From positions 1 through 64,000 of IMG/VR virus record IMGVR_UViG_3300046000_004279: a DNA stretch of 64,000 bases; one strand, 5' to 3'. The notes under the pieces are model-generated. The model was not told where the DNA came from. It ran no database searches and was given only the letters and a program-made list of their open reading frames with translations. The translations under genes and the position numbers were made by a program. The stretch is from a virus. Shown here one piece after another: positions 8,970-17,101 of this stretch (its first letter is position 1; every line of letters begins with the position of its first letter).

Positions 8970-9670
8970 GTAACTTTGATGTGGTTAATAGCAATCGGGG
9001 AACCTTTATTGTTAATAAGCACGATACCCACCAATATCAACCTTTGAAAACAAACGGCACTACTCATATAGAAAATGAGATTGATCACATTTTAGACATT
9101 GTTGCTACACTACCAAAGCAAGAGGTATTTGTCGATGCTGGTGCCAATATTGGCTTAATTACTATATCTGTTGCTAAACATTTTAAAGGTAAGGTGCTTA
9201 GTTTTGAACCTCAACCAGTTATATACAATTGTTTATGTGGCAATATAGTACTCAACGATTTGTTAAATGTTATTCCGTATAATATTGGTTTAGGAGACAA
9301 TTCTTGTAATATGATTGTTCCTAATATAGATTATACAATTGCTCGAGACTTTGGTGATGTTAGATTGCGCCCACTGATGTATAGCGGAACTGAAGTTGAT
9401 GTTCATCCTTTGTCACAGATTACTGACACCATCGACTTTTTAAAAATTGATGTTGAGGGAATGGAACAAAGTGTTTTAGCTGGTGCCGAGTCGCTAATCA
9501 CAAAGAACAGACCATGGTGTTGGATTGAACATTTCCGATCAGATTTAAACGTGTTAGTGCAATTCTTCAAATCAAAGCGGTATCGTGTTTATAAAATTAA
9601 AGGCGACTTGGCTAACATTGTAGCTTGTCCAAACGATCAAACATTTCAGTGGATGGGTAATGAACTATAA
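8966..9670 (+). CDS. FkbM family SAM-dependent methyltransferase
   Basis: VDAGANIG, SFEPQP, FLKIDVEGME. Confidence 0.9.
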   Translation: MSNFDVVNSNRGTFIVNKHDTHQYQPLKTNGTTHIENEIDHILDIVATLPKQEVFVDAGANIGLITISVAKHFKGKVLSFEPQPVIYNCLCGNIVLNDLLNVIPYNIGLGDNSCNMIVPNIDYTIARDFGDVRLRPLMYSGTEVDVHPLSQITDTIDFLKIDVEGMEQSVLAGAESLITKNRPWCWIEHFRSDLNVLVQFFKSKRYRVYKIKGDLANIVACPNDQTFQWMGNEL

Positions 9671-9962
9671 TAAGTTTTATGCAGTCAGATGGTTTGATAG
9701 TGAGTGTTTTACCAGTGTCAACACAGTAGATTATGTGATGCAGTTGAAACTAGCTGATAAACCAATGTTCTATAAGTATTTGGTATACGAGTTAATTGAG
9801 ACGCCTCATTCTTTTAAACAGCTAACTCTCATGTTACCTTTTGATAGGCATTTTAATAGAGTATCATCTCTAAAACTACATGCTGCTGAGAAAGCTAAAA
9901 TGAAATATCATTTTAACAAACTTAGAGAAGCCACCCACGGTCAGCAACAAATTCAAACTTAG
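9660..9962 (+). CDS. Hypothetical protein
   Basis: Overlaps the FkbM stop; 100 aa. Confidence 0.55.
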   Translation: MNYNKFYAVRWFDSECFTSVNTVDYVMQLKLADKPMFYKYLVYELIETPHSFKQLTLMLPFDRHFNRVSSLKLHAAEKAKMKYHFNKLREATHGQQQIQT

Positions 9963-10548
9963 TATTCAATTTTTGTCGCACAGCTGTCGGTATATCATAG
10001 GTTGTTCTCCAGGGATAAAACCAATTTGTTGAAGGACTGCTATACATTATGTATTGAGGGCACGACATCTCTTCAACCATTGTATCCAAGACATACCACT
10101 GTCGAGATATTACACTCTTACCAAACTCATCAACGTAATTGTTTTTAACTCGGCGGCAATGCTTTAGTGCTGACCACATAAACGACTTATAGTTGTCATC
10201 ATTAAAAGCGCAATATAGGTTATCGATGGGCTTCTCTAACAACCAATCAAAGAACAACGGTTCCCAATACTTGTTCATTATTGTATTTGACAGATAGCAA
10301 TAATCTTCTCTAACGTGAAGCCTATGAGGATACTTTATACTGTATACACCTCGTTCCTCTACTATAATAGCAGATGACGTGGCAACAATTTGATCATTAT
10401 CAATCATCAAACCGAGAAACCCACTTGTACCATCATACAAGTGGGTTTTGAACATATCATGGTTAGCATTGTTTAGAGGTGTACTGGGATGTTTAAAATA
10501 CTCCTCCAGCATACCTAGATATGATGGATCATACTTAACAAAGTTCAT
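9922..10548 (-). CDS. Hypothetical protein, possibly GNAT-like
   Basis: Coupled to ACP gene; IVATSS...RLHVREDY resembles GNAT strands (weak). Confidence 0.55.
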   Translation of the reverse strand: MNFVKYDPSYLGMLEEYFKHPSTPLNNANHDMFKTHLYDGTSGFLGLMIDNDQIVATSSAIIVEERGVYSIKYPHRLHVREDYCYLSNTIMNKYWEPLFFDWLLEKPIDNLYCAFNDDNYKSFMWSALKHCRRVKNNYVDEFGKSVISRQWYVLDTMVEEMSCPQYIMYSSPSTNWFYPWRTTYDIPTAVRQKLNTKFEFVADRGWLL

Positions 10549-10775
10549 CTCTTCGATTCAATGAGTGTTAGAATATCTTGGATTGTTTTAACATCCTCTG
10601 CTTCTTTATCAAGCAGCTCAATTGAAAACTTCTCCTCGAGCTCAATGATTAATTCGACAGCATCTAAACTATCAAATTTTAAATCATTGAAAAGGTTTGT
10701 TTCAGCAGTTAAAACCTGATCTTTTAGTTTAAATTGTTGTCTAATAACTTGTTCAACTTCATTAAATAGTGTCAT
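10545..10775 (-). CDS. acpP: Acyl carrier protein
   Basis: DLKFDSLDAVELIIELEEKF phosphopantetheine motif; 76 aa, acidic. Confidence 0.92.
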   Translation of the reverse strand: MTLFNEVEQVIRQQFKLKDQVLTAETNLFNDLKFDSLDAVELIIELEEKFSIELLDKEAEDVKTIQDILTLIESKR

Positions 10776-11509
10776 TGTGTTTTCTTTCTAATTTTTGATA
10801 CAATCCAACCTGTGATGTCAAACTCTTTGGAGTTGTGCGCAAAGTTGATATTTTTAGGATCTTTGTGGTGGTTGTTATGATAACCTTCGCCTGCTATTAA
10901 TACTGAAAGTACTTGGGAGTTTCTACTTTCATCCTCTGTATCGTATGTTCTATAACCCACCCAAGGTAAATGTGAGAAAACATTTATTGCGGCCGTGGCA
11001 TGCCATAGAATTGCAGCGGGTAGTAGATGTAACCATACAACCAATTGAGGATCTATAACTGCAAGGATAACATCATACGATATGTTAATCTTAAAATAGT
11101 TTTTATGGAAAAACATTACAAGTTTATCTCTAAGCAAGTCTTTGGCGAATCTTAACTTTGGCTGATACGTCACAATACCAAAATATGTTTTGATTATACC
11201 TTTGAACGATGGACTATGTGGATCTTGTTCAGTATCACTATGAGCGTGGTGTTCTCTATGCATTGCCCCCCACACAAGTGCACTAGCGTTCAAACCTAGC
11301 GTTGCAATCAACAGTGATACGGTCTTAAACCACTGCGGAGATTGGTATCCTCTGTGACTAATCAGACGGTGGTAGCCAGCACTAATTCCAATAGAAATCA
11401 TCAAAAAGTAAACAACAATTGCGGCAATGAAACCGTATAGACTAAAATAGGTAATTGCGTATAGTATTGATAAATGCGCAGCAATCTGATAGGTTAGCAG
11501 CTTATACAT
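10772..11509 (-). CDS. Membrane fatty acid desaturase (second copy)
   Basis: GYHRLISH, HREHH, DPHSP, GEGYHNNHH. Confidence 0.93.
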   Translation of the reverse strand: MYKLLTYQIAAHLSILYAITYFSLYGFIAAIVVYFLMISIGISAGYHRLISHRGYQSPQWFKTVSLLIATLGLNASALVWGAMHREHHAHSDTEQDPHSPSFKGIIKTYFGIVTYQPKLRFAKDLLRDKLVMFFHKNYFKINISYDVILAVIDPQLVVWLHLLPAAILWHATAAINVFSHLPWVGYRTYDTEDESRNSQVLSVLIAGEGYHNNHHKDPKNINFAHNSKEFDITGWIVSKIRKKTQ

Positions 11510-12264
11510 TATAACACCACATCATCATTGAAAACACCATCAACTCGTATAGTATAACTGAAATGTGGTAACGCATCAACTCCATGGTAGTCTGTTGTTT
11601 GATAAGCATATAATTTATGATCTTTGGGTAAATAGTGTTTTGTGTCTGTTACAGAATCGTAAATGTAAACGGGCCGATATCCACCAGGATTAAAATTTAT
11701 ATGATGGTTAAATACTCCATCTGGTATCCAATCTCTATGACAAGGCACATCTGCTTGGGGCCAAGATCCGTATATTACAACTCTACCAACAGATTTGAAA
11801 GGGAGTTTTTCAATGCACTGCTTAGTGTACGGTGTAAGATCAGAAAACTCACTCCACGGGTAATTGTCGTGAGCCCTATTGACAAACAGATTTGGCTTTA
11901 AATCAATAATAAAAAACCATGGTAATAAACTTTTGTGTTTAAAAAATAAAAACTTGCGTTTTTCCATCTGCGGAAGATCTTTTACATCATTTCTATCACC
12001 ATTGAAGTTATACATTACTTCATTTTCAAATTGACCATATTGTAACTTTGGAGGCATAACACCAGTAACAATTGGATATTTATTTAACTCTGTTTTGGCC
12101 AACGCCAAGCAAATTTCTGTATCCATCCTGTCATAATCAAAGTCAGCATATTTGGAAAAATCAAGAAACAATTTACCATTAACTCCTTGCGGCGGCAAAT
12201 CATCGTGTTCAAATTTAAACACAGTTCCAAAATCAGGATCGTCTTTTTTATCAAGTATTTTCAT
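11509..12264 (-). CDS. 2OG-Fe(II) oxygenase-like protein
   Basis: GRVVI...PCHRD...DYHGV...RVDG. Confidence 0.7.
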   Translation of the reverse strand: MKILDKKDDPDFGTVFKFEHDDLPPQGVNGKLFLDFSKYADFDYDRMDTEICLALAKTELNKYPIVTGVMPPKLQYGQFENEVMYNFNGDRNDVKDLPQMEKRKFLFFKHKSLLPWFFIIDLKPNLFVNRAHDNYPWSEFSDLTPYTKQCIEKLPFKSVGRVVIYGSWPQADVPCHRDWIPDGVFNHHINFNPGGYRPVYIYDSVTDTKHYLPKDHKLYAYQTTDYHGVDALPHFSYTIRVDGVFNDDVVL

Positions 12265-12706
12265 TTATTCCTCCAACAATATGGATTCGATCTTCAAGAG
12301 ACGCGTTAACGAATGTGTGAATCTTAGTGGTATCTGCTAAATAATGATTGCCATCTGCAGGATATCTATATAACTTATCCTCAATAATCATAAAGCAGTT
12401 TTCATTTGTAATCAACGGTATATGCACACGAACTGTCGGATCAATGTGGTAAGAATAACACTGGTATGGTTGAAGTCGCATAAGTCTAGTGCGAAACATA
12501 CCAAGCTGCTTGATCACACTGTTGGTGTACGTCATTTCTGGAAACAGTGGTTCAGTAAAGTCTGCTTCACCATGATTTAGCTTTTCAAGTCGACCTGTGC
12601 CATACGAAGGATCAATGTTTCCTGGAACACCCTGAAGACTAATTTGGTTGTCATATTCAGGAATAAACTTTTCGATCTCTAACAGAATTTTATCAATATC
12701 AATCAT
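12251..12706 (-). CDS. Asp/Asn beta-hydroxylase-like 2OG-Fe(II) oxygenase
   Basis: RTRLM..YSYHID..RVHIPLITN..DTTKIHTFVN..RIHIV. Confidence 0.82.
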   Translation of the reverse strand: MIDIDKILLEIEKFIPEYDNQISLQGVPGNIDPSYGTGRLEKLNHGEADFTEPLFPEMTYTNSVIKQLGMFRTRLMRLQPYQCYSYHIDPTVRVHIPLITNENCFMIIEDKLYRYPADGNHYLADTTKIHTFVNASLEDRIHIVGGINENT

Positions 12707-13137
12707 GGTGTAACTGTCATTTCTTTTATCTTATAAGGTTGCAGCAAGATCCACAGTATCAAATCAAGTGCATATTGTTTGCTAATCTTGGGTTCTTTAA
12801 CTGACTCAACGCGTTCTGTATCAATCCAACCAAACCGAATTATTGTTGTGTTAATTCCGCGATAGAATAATATCTCATTAGTATTATCTAGAGCCATTTT
12901 TTCTACAGAGTATTTCCAATGATCGTTATCAGCACATAGCCAATCAGCAGCGTTGGATCCAATGTTTATGATTCTTTTGTTTAATTTAGCAGCTTTGTCT
13001 AACATATCAACTTGGCTGAATTGATCATGTTTACAATTGATAAACACATCACAGTCTTCCAATCTGTCAACACATACTAAATTATCTACTAAATACTTTC
13101 CGAGGCCTCTTCGCGTGCCTGTAATGTAAAATTTCAT
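12703..13137 (-). CDS. Minimal short-chain dehydrogenase/reductase
   Basis: Start reassigned to MKFYITGTRRGLG (Rossmann motif); DVFIN, INIGS, YxxxK (YSVEK). Confidence 0.8.
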   Translation of the reverse strand: MKFYITGTRRGLGKYLVDNLVCVDRLEDCDVFINCKHDQFSQVDMLDKAAKLNKRIINIGSNAADWLCADNDHWKYSVEKMALDNTNEILFYRGINTTIIRFGWIDTERVESVKEPKISKQYALDLILWILLQPYKIKEMTVTP

Positions 13138-13138
13138 A

Positions 13139-13711
13139 ATGGATACCTCCATGCAGTATATATGCGGTCCTGATTGGGACCGAAGAATAATCCCTATTAA
13201 CCAAGAAGGTAAAGTTGGCATCTTAATGTCGGGTGGGATCGACAGTTGGGTATTATACAACATGCTGAATGATCCAATAATTTTTAATATTACACGAACT
13301 GATGGTTTTGATAATGTTGAACGTGTACGTGATCTTACAGGCAAGCCAGTAATAGAAATTCCAGAATTGACCACTGACCATTGGCGAAGAGTTGATGTTG
13401 GTATAGACCATATATTTAAAAATTATGATGTTGATCAGTTGTATCATGGTATTAACATGACTCCACCTATCGACATTTTTCCCGAATTTAATATTCTTAG
13501 TAAACCATTTCGACCTTGGCGGATTGATGATCAACGTTTAAAAGTGCCATTTTTACATTTATACAAGTATCACATTATTGACTTAGCTAAGCAACTACAA
13601 ATTCCACTTGACAACACACGAAGCTGCATTGATAACGCTAGTGGAGATGAGTGCGGCCACTGTTGGCAATGCAAAGAGAAAAAATGGGGATTTCAACAAC
13701 TTTCTTCTTGA
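13139..13711 (+). CDS. QueC-like PP-loop ATP pyrophosphatase
   Basis: MSGGIDS PP-loop; C-terminal TRSC..CGHCWQC zinc motif. Confidence 0.75.
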   Translation: MDTSMQYICGPDWDRRIIPINQEGKVGILMSGGIDSWVLYNMLNDPIIFNITRTDGFDNVERVRDLTGKPVIEIPELTTDHWRRVDVGIDHIFKNYDVDQLYHGINMTPPIDIFPEFNILSKPFRPWRIDDQRLKVPFLHLYKYHIIDLAKQLQIPLDNTRSCIDNASGDECGHCWQCKEKKWGFQQLSS

Positions 13712-13757
13712 CTTTAATACAAGAATTCTGTATAGTAAAGAAGTAAGGAGAATCAAA

Positions 13758-14318
13758 ATTAACATCTTCATCCTCGACAAAGATCCAATCTCAGCTGCAC
13801 AATTGCAGTGCGACAAACATGTAGTCAAAATGATTGTTGAGTCTGCGCAAATGCTCTCAACTGCCCATCGTATACTTGATGGTGAACTCAAACGCGCTCC
13901 ATCAAAGTCTGGTAAGACGATGTCAAAACACTGGACACTGCCTGATAACCGTGAAAGCGTGTTGTACAAAGCTGTTCATATGTCACATCCTTGCACCGTT
14001 TGGTCAATGATCAATACTGGTAACTATTGGTGGCACTATGTTCACTTTACCGCGCTTTGCGACGAGTACACTTATCGATATGGTAAGGTCCATGCGACTG
14101 ATACCCTATTGCGTAATGTGTTGGCAAACTATCCAAAGAACATTCCTACCAATTGGCGCACACAATTTCCATTGGCAATGCAATCAAATCCCGAATGTAT
14201 GCATCCGAATGATCCAGTGCGTTCGTACCGTGAGTTCTACCAAACGAAACAAGCTCGTTTCAAAATGGTTTGGACAAATCGTGAAGTTCCAAAATGGTTT
14301 GGATGTTTGGCAAAATAA
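13758..14318 (+). CDS. Pyrimidine-dimer DNA glycosylase/DenV-like family protein (probable ATT start)
   Basis: (I/M)NIFILDKDP..AA..QCDKHVVKMIVESAQMLST, HPCTVW, EYTYRYGKVH; AAGGAG RBS 7 nt before ATT. Confidence 0.75.
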   Translation: MNIFILDKDPISAAQLQCDKHVVKMIVESAQMLSTAHRILDGELKRAPSKSGKTMSKHWTLPDNRESVLYKAVHMSHPCTVWSMINTGNYWWHYVHFTALCDEYTYRYGKVHATDTLLRNVLANYPKNIPTNWRTQFPLAMQSNPECMHPNDPVRSYREFYQTKQARFKMVWTNREVPKWFGCLAK

Positions 14319-14341
14319 TACTTGACTTTACAATGAGAATG
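14310..14341 (+). repeat. 32-bp direct repeat carrying the early-promoter -35, copy 1
   Basis: GCAAAATAATACTTGACTTTACAATGAGAATG, identical at 14707-14738. Confidence 0.9.
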
Positions 14342-14379
14342 TTGTATTATTGATATTGTAGGTAACGAAGGAGAATCAC

Positions 14380-14715
14380 ATGATGGCAACATTCACCCGC
14401 GAAAAGTTTGTAGATCTAATCAGCCGCCAAGACGAGGTTGGGATGCACTCAATTGGCCGTGCTTTGGTGCACTTGTTCAATCGTCAGACTGAAGATGAAC
14501 GTGCTATCAACAGCACTGATGTTCACAACGCTCGTGGGTTCACTCCTGCTGATGCTCGTGTTGGTTCGATCACTGCAAAGTATTACATCAAGAACAAGAA
14601 GTTGCTCGACTGGCAGATGGATCAGTGGACTGCAGCTAACGACAAAGGTCGGCTGCGGCTTGAGAAGTACTTCCGTCAGATCGCAGAAGAAGTTTCTGCA
14701 AAGACTGCAAAATAA
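14380..14715 (+). CDS. Hypothetical early protein
   Basis: AAGGAG RBS; own early promoter. Confidence 0.8.
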   Translation: MMATFTREKFVDLISRQDEVGMHSIGRALVHLFNRQTEDERAINSTDVHNARGFTPADARVGSITAKYYIKNKKLLDWQMDQWTAANDKGRLRLEKYFRQIAEEVSAKTAK

Positions 14716-14738
14716 TACTTGACTTTACAATGAGAATG
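14707..14738 (+). repeat. 32-bp direct repeat carrying the early-promoter -35, copy 2
   Basis: Identical to 14310-14341. Confidence 0.9.
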
Positions 14739-14782
14739 CACTACTATAGTATAGTAGACACACACAGAGAGAGAATCACTAA

Positions 14783-15754
14783 ATGGCTCATGAACTTGAA
14801 TTTGTAAACGGCGTTGCTCAGATGGCTTATGCAGGCGATACGCCTTGGCATGGTTTGGGTGTACAGGTCTCCAACGATCTGACTCCTGAGCAGATGATGG
14901 AAAAGGCTGGTCTTAATTGGGCAGTTGAGAAGAAAGATCTGACTATTGAAGGTACGAACATTAAGGTCGCGGGCCACCAAGCCTTGATCCGTTCGTCTGA
15001 CAACAAGATCTTGGATGTTGTTGGCGAAGATTGGAACCCCGTTCAGAACGAAGATGCGTTCAAGTTCTTCTCTGAGTATGTTCTTGCTGGTGACATGGAG
15101 ATGAACACCGCTGGTTCGCTGAAAGGTGGGCGTAACGTTTGGGCTCTTGCAAAGGTCAAAGAATCGTTCACGATCCTTGGCGAAGACCAAGTCGACTCGT
15201 ACTTGTTGTTCAGTAATCCTCACCAATACGGTAAGGCAATTGATGTACGTTTCACTCCCATTCGTGTCGTGTGCAACAACACTCTGACGATGTCACTCAG
15301 CAGTGCATCAAAGAATCAAGTCAAGATGAACCACCGTTCAGTGTTTGACGCTGAGACTGTCAAAACGACTCTTGGAATTGCCCACGAGAAGTTCGGCAAG
15401 TACAAAGAGATGGCGGAGTTCTTGGCTTCTAAGAAGTTCTCTGTTGATACTCTGATCCAATACTACAACGAAGTGTTTCCCCACACTTACAACAAAGAAA
15501 AGGGTGTGAAGGTCACTAAGGCTGCAGATCTGACTACGACTGCAAAAGCTGCGATGGCAGTTCTTGAGACCCAACCTGGGGCTAACTTCGGTGCTGGTTC
15601 TTGGTGGCAGGCTTTCAACTCTGTCACGTACTTGACTGACCACGAGATGGGTCGTTCTGCAGATACTCGTATGGAATCTGCTTGGTTTGGTATCAACCAA
15701 TCTCGTAAGATCAAAGCTGCACACAAAGCCGTGGAATACGCCACGGCGGCTTAA
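14783..15754 (+). CDS. DUF932 / TIGR03299-like phage-plasmid protein
   Basis: PWHGLG, AGLNW, PVQNE, TAGSL, TPIRVVCNNTL motifs. Confidence 0.85.
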   Translation: MAHELEFVNGVAQMAYAGDTPWHGLGVQVSNDLTPEQMMEKAGLNWAVEKKDLTIEGTNIKVAGHQALIRSSDNKILDVVGEDWNPVQNEDAFKFFSEYVLAGDMEMNTAGSLKGGRNVWALAKVKESFTILGEDQVDSYLLFSNPHQYGKAIDVRFTPIRVVCNNTLTMSLSSASKNQVKMNHRSVFDAETVKTTLGIAHEKFGKYKEMAEFLASKKFSVDTLIQYYNEVFPHTYNKEKGVKVTKAADLTTTAKAAMAVLETQPGANFGAGSWWQAFNSVTYLTDHEMGRSADTRMESAWFGINQSRKIKAAHKAVEYATAA

Positions 15755-15765
15755 GGAGAATTGCA

Positions 15766-15948
15766 ATGGGCTATGTGAACAATGATAAAGAACCTGAGTT
15801 GGTTTTTGTCGGTAAAGACGATCAAGAGTTGAATCAGATTGCCCGTATGGTTGAAAAACTAAATGCCGACTTGGTCGACTCTGGATTTGATCAATACAAG
15901 TTTGACCTTGAGGTGCAGGGTGATAAAGCCTATATCAAACGCGTCTAA
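15766..15948 (+). CDS. Hypothetical protein
   Basis: AAGGAG RBS. Confidence 0.7.
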   Translation: MGYVNNDKEPELVFVGKDDQELNQIARMVEKLNADLVDSGFDQYKFDLEVQGDKAYIKRV

Positions 15949-16001
15949 ACCTGAATAACCCACAGTTGATTTTTCTTCATTTTTGACAACTGTGGAAGAC
16001 T

Positions 16002-16026
16002 GGGCGGCTTCGGCCGCCTTTTTTTT
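16002..16026 (+). terminator. Rho-independent terminator
   Basis: GGCGGC-TTCG-GCCGCC followed by T8. Confidence 0.9.
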
Positions 16027-16032
16027 ATTTAT

Positions 16033-16040
16033 TATAAATA
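16033..16040 (+). promoter_or_regulatory. Late promoter TATAAATA
   Basis: Exact consensus at the head of the late block. Confidence 0.8.
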
Positions 16041-16067
16041 GTATAAACTATTTTATATGGGAAATAA

Positions 16068-17099
16068 ATGGCACATTTAGGGACTCCATCTACAGACGGC
16101 CGTCTATCTTTTCAAAAGTATGTCACCGATAACAAAAAATTCAAAGAGATTGAATATGAAATCGAAAAGGGCAAGCCCGCATCTCTGGTTTCAAGTGATG
16201 GGATTGTTATAACTGACAATATTCGTGTTGGAACTAAACTGAAAATTGTAGATCCAAACTACACGACAATTGGTAAGATGAAATATGCCCATGTGAATAT
16301 TAATCGCAAAAAGGGATATATCGCGATCAATAGCATCCGTAAACCGACAGGTGGAAACGGAACTCAATATGAAGATGAGGTGGTTGACGCAATCAACAAC
16401 TACATTCTTGAAGCTGGTGGTGTAATCAATTTAAAAATAGCTGGTGACAATAAAACTTACAGCAATCTCACTGCCGCAGTCAAGGTTGATTCTAAGATTA
16501 AAAGGCGCGGTGGAGTAAGAGGCGACCCAAAAGCTGATATTATTGTTTGTCGCGATAAAACCAAACCTTTAGACAGTGGATCAATTTACATCTCTCATAA
16601 AAAGGCGGGTGGTGCAAAAGAGTTTCAACAATATAGTGGATTAAGTGAACAGTCGGGTTTGATGATATACAATAACTCACTCACTCAAAAATTCTTAAGT
16701 GAAGTGGCTGAATCATTAGAAATGGGTAAACTAGATAAGTTACCATATCCAATCATGGGAACATTTAAAAATGATAAATTGGCACTTGTTTCAATATATG
16801 GTCCAGATTATGGTAAACAATATTCTCTACAACACGTCCAATTGATTGGTCAAGGTCATCCAGTGTTTAAGCGTGTTCGTGATGAATTATACGAAATAAC
16901 ATTTACGAGTCACATGAGTGTATCGGGTGATTTGAGTTTATTCACAGGCGGTTATGCTCCTGTATTTGGAGCCACCTTTAGAAACAATAGATCCTTCATG
17001 TATAAAGGTAGAAGATATGGTGCCGCACGGGTGGGAATATATCCACAAATATTATTGGCTGGCCGAGGCGGGATCAAAGTTGTTGAGATAAAGGAATAG
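16068..17099 (+). CDS. Putative PD-(D/E)XK nuclease-fold protein
   Basis: YEDEV...PKADII...ISHKK resembles the restriction-endonuclease-like core. Confidence 0.5.
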   Translation: MAHLGTPSTDGRLSFQKYVTDNKKFKEIEYEIEKGKPASLVSSDGIVITDNIRVGTKLKIVDPNYTTIGKMKYAHVNINRKKGYIAINSIRKPTGGNGTQYEDEVVDAINNYILEAGGVINLKIAGDNKTYSNLTAAVKVDSKIKRRGGVRGDPKADIIVCRDKTKPLDSGSIYISHKKAGGAKEFQQYSGLSEQSGLMIYNNSLTQKFLSEVAESLEMGKLDKLPYPIMGTFKNDKLALVSIYGPDYGKQYSLQHVQLIGQGHPVFKRVRDELYEITFTSHMSVSGDLSLFTGGYAPVFGATFRNNRSFMYKGRRYGAARVGIYPQILLAGRGGIKVVEIKE

Positions 17100-17101
17100 T
17101 T

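Noticed and set aside
12703-13374. 223-aa version of the SDR
   Set aside because: The N-terminal extension is antisense to the QueC-like gene; the Rossmann motif starts at 13137.
13139-13711. Complete 7-deazaguanine DNA modification pathway
   Set aside because: Only a QueC-like gene is present; no folE, queD, queE or dpdA in this window, so the substrate is uncertain.
13608-13757. Upstream extension of the DenV-like ORF
   Set aside because: Overlaps the previous gene and the promoter; RBS and family start point to 13758.
14310-14738. CRISPR array or att sites
   Set aside because: Only two copies, 397 bp apart, containing promoter elements; no spacer periodicity, cas gene or integrase. No CRISPR array was seen anywhere in the window.
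14744-15766. Long antisense ORFs over the DUF932-like gene (and similar ones over pstS and the 18406 gene)
   Set aside because: Explained by codon bias of the sense gene; no RBS or motifs.
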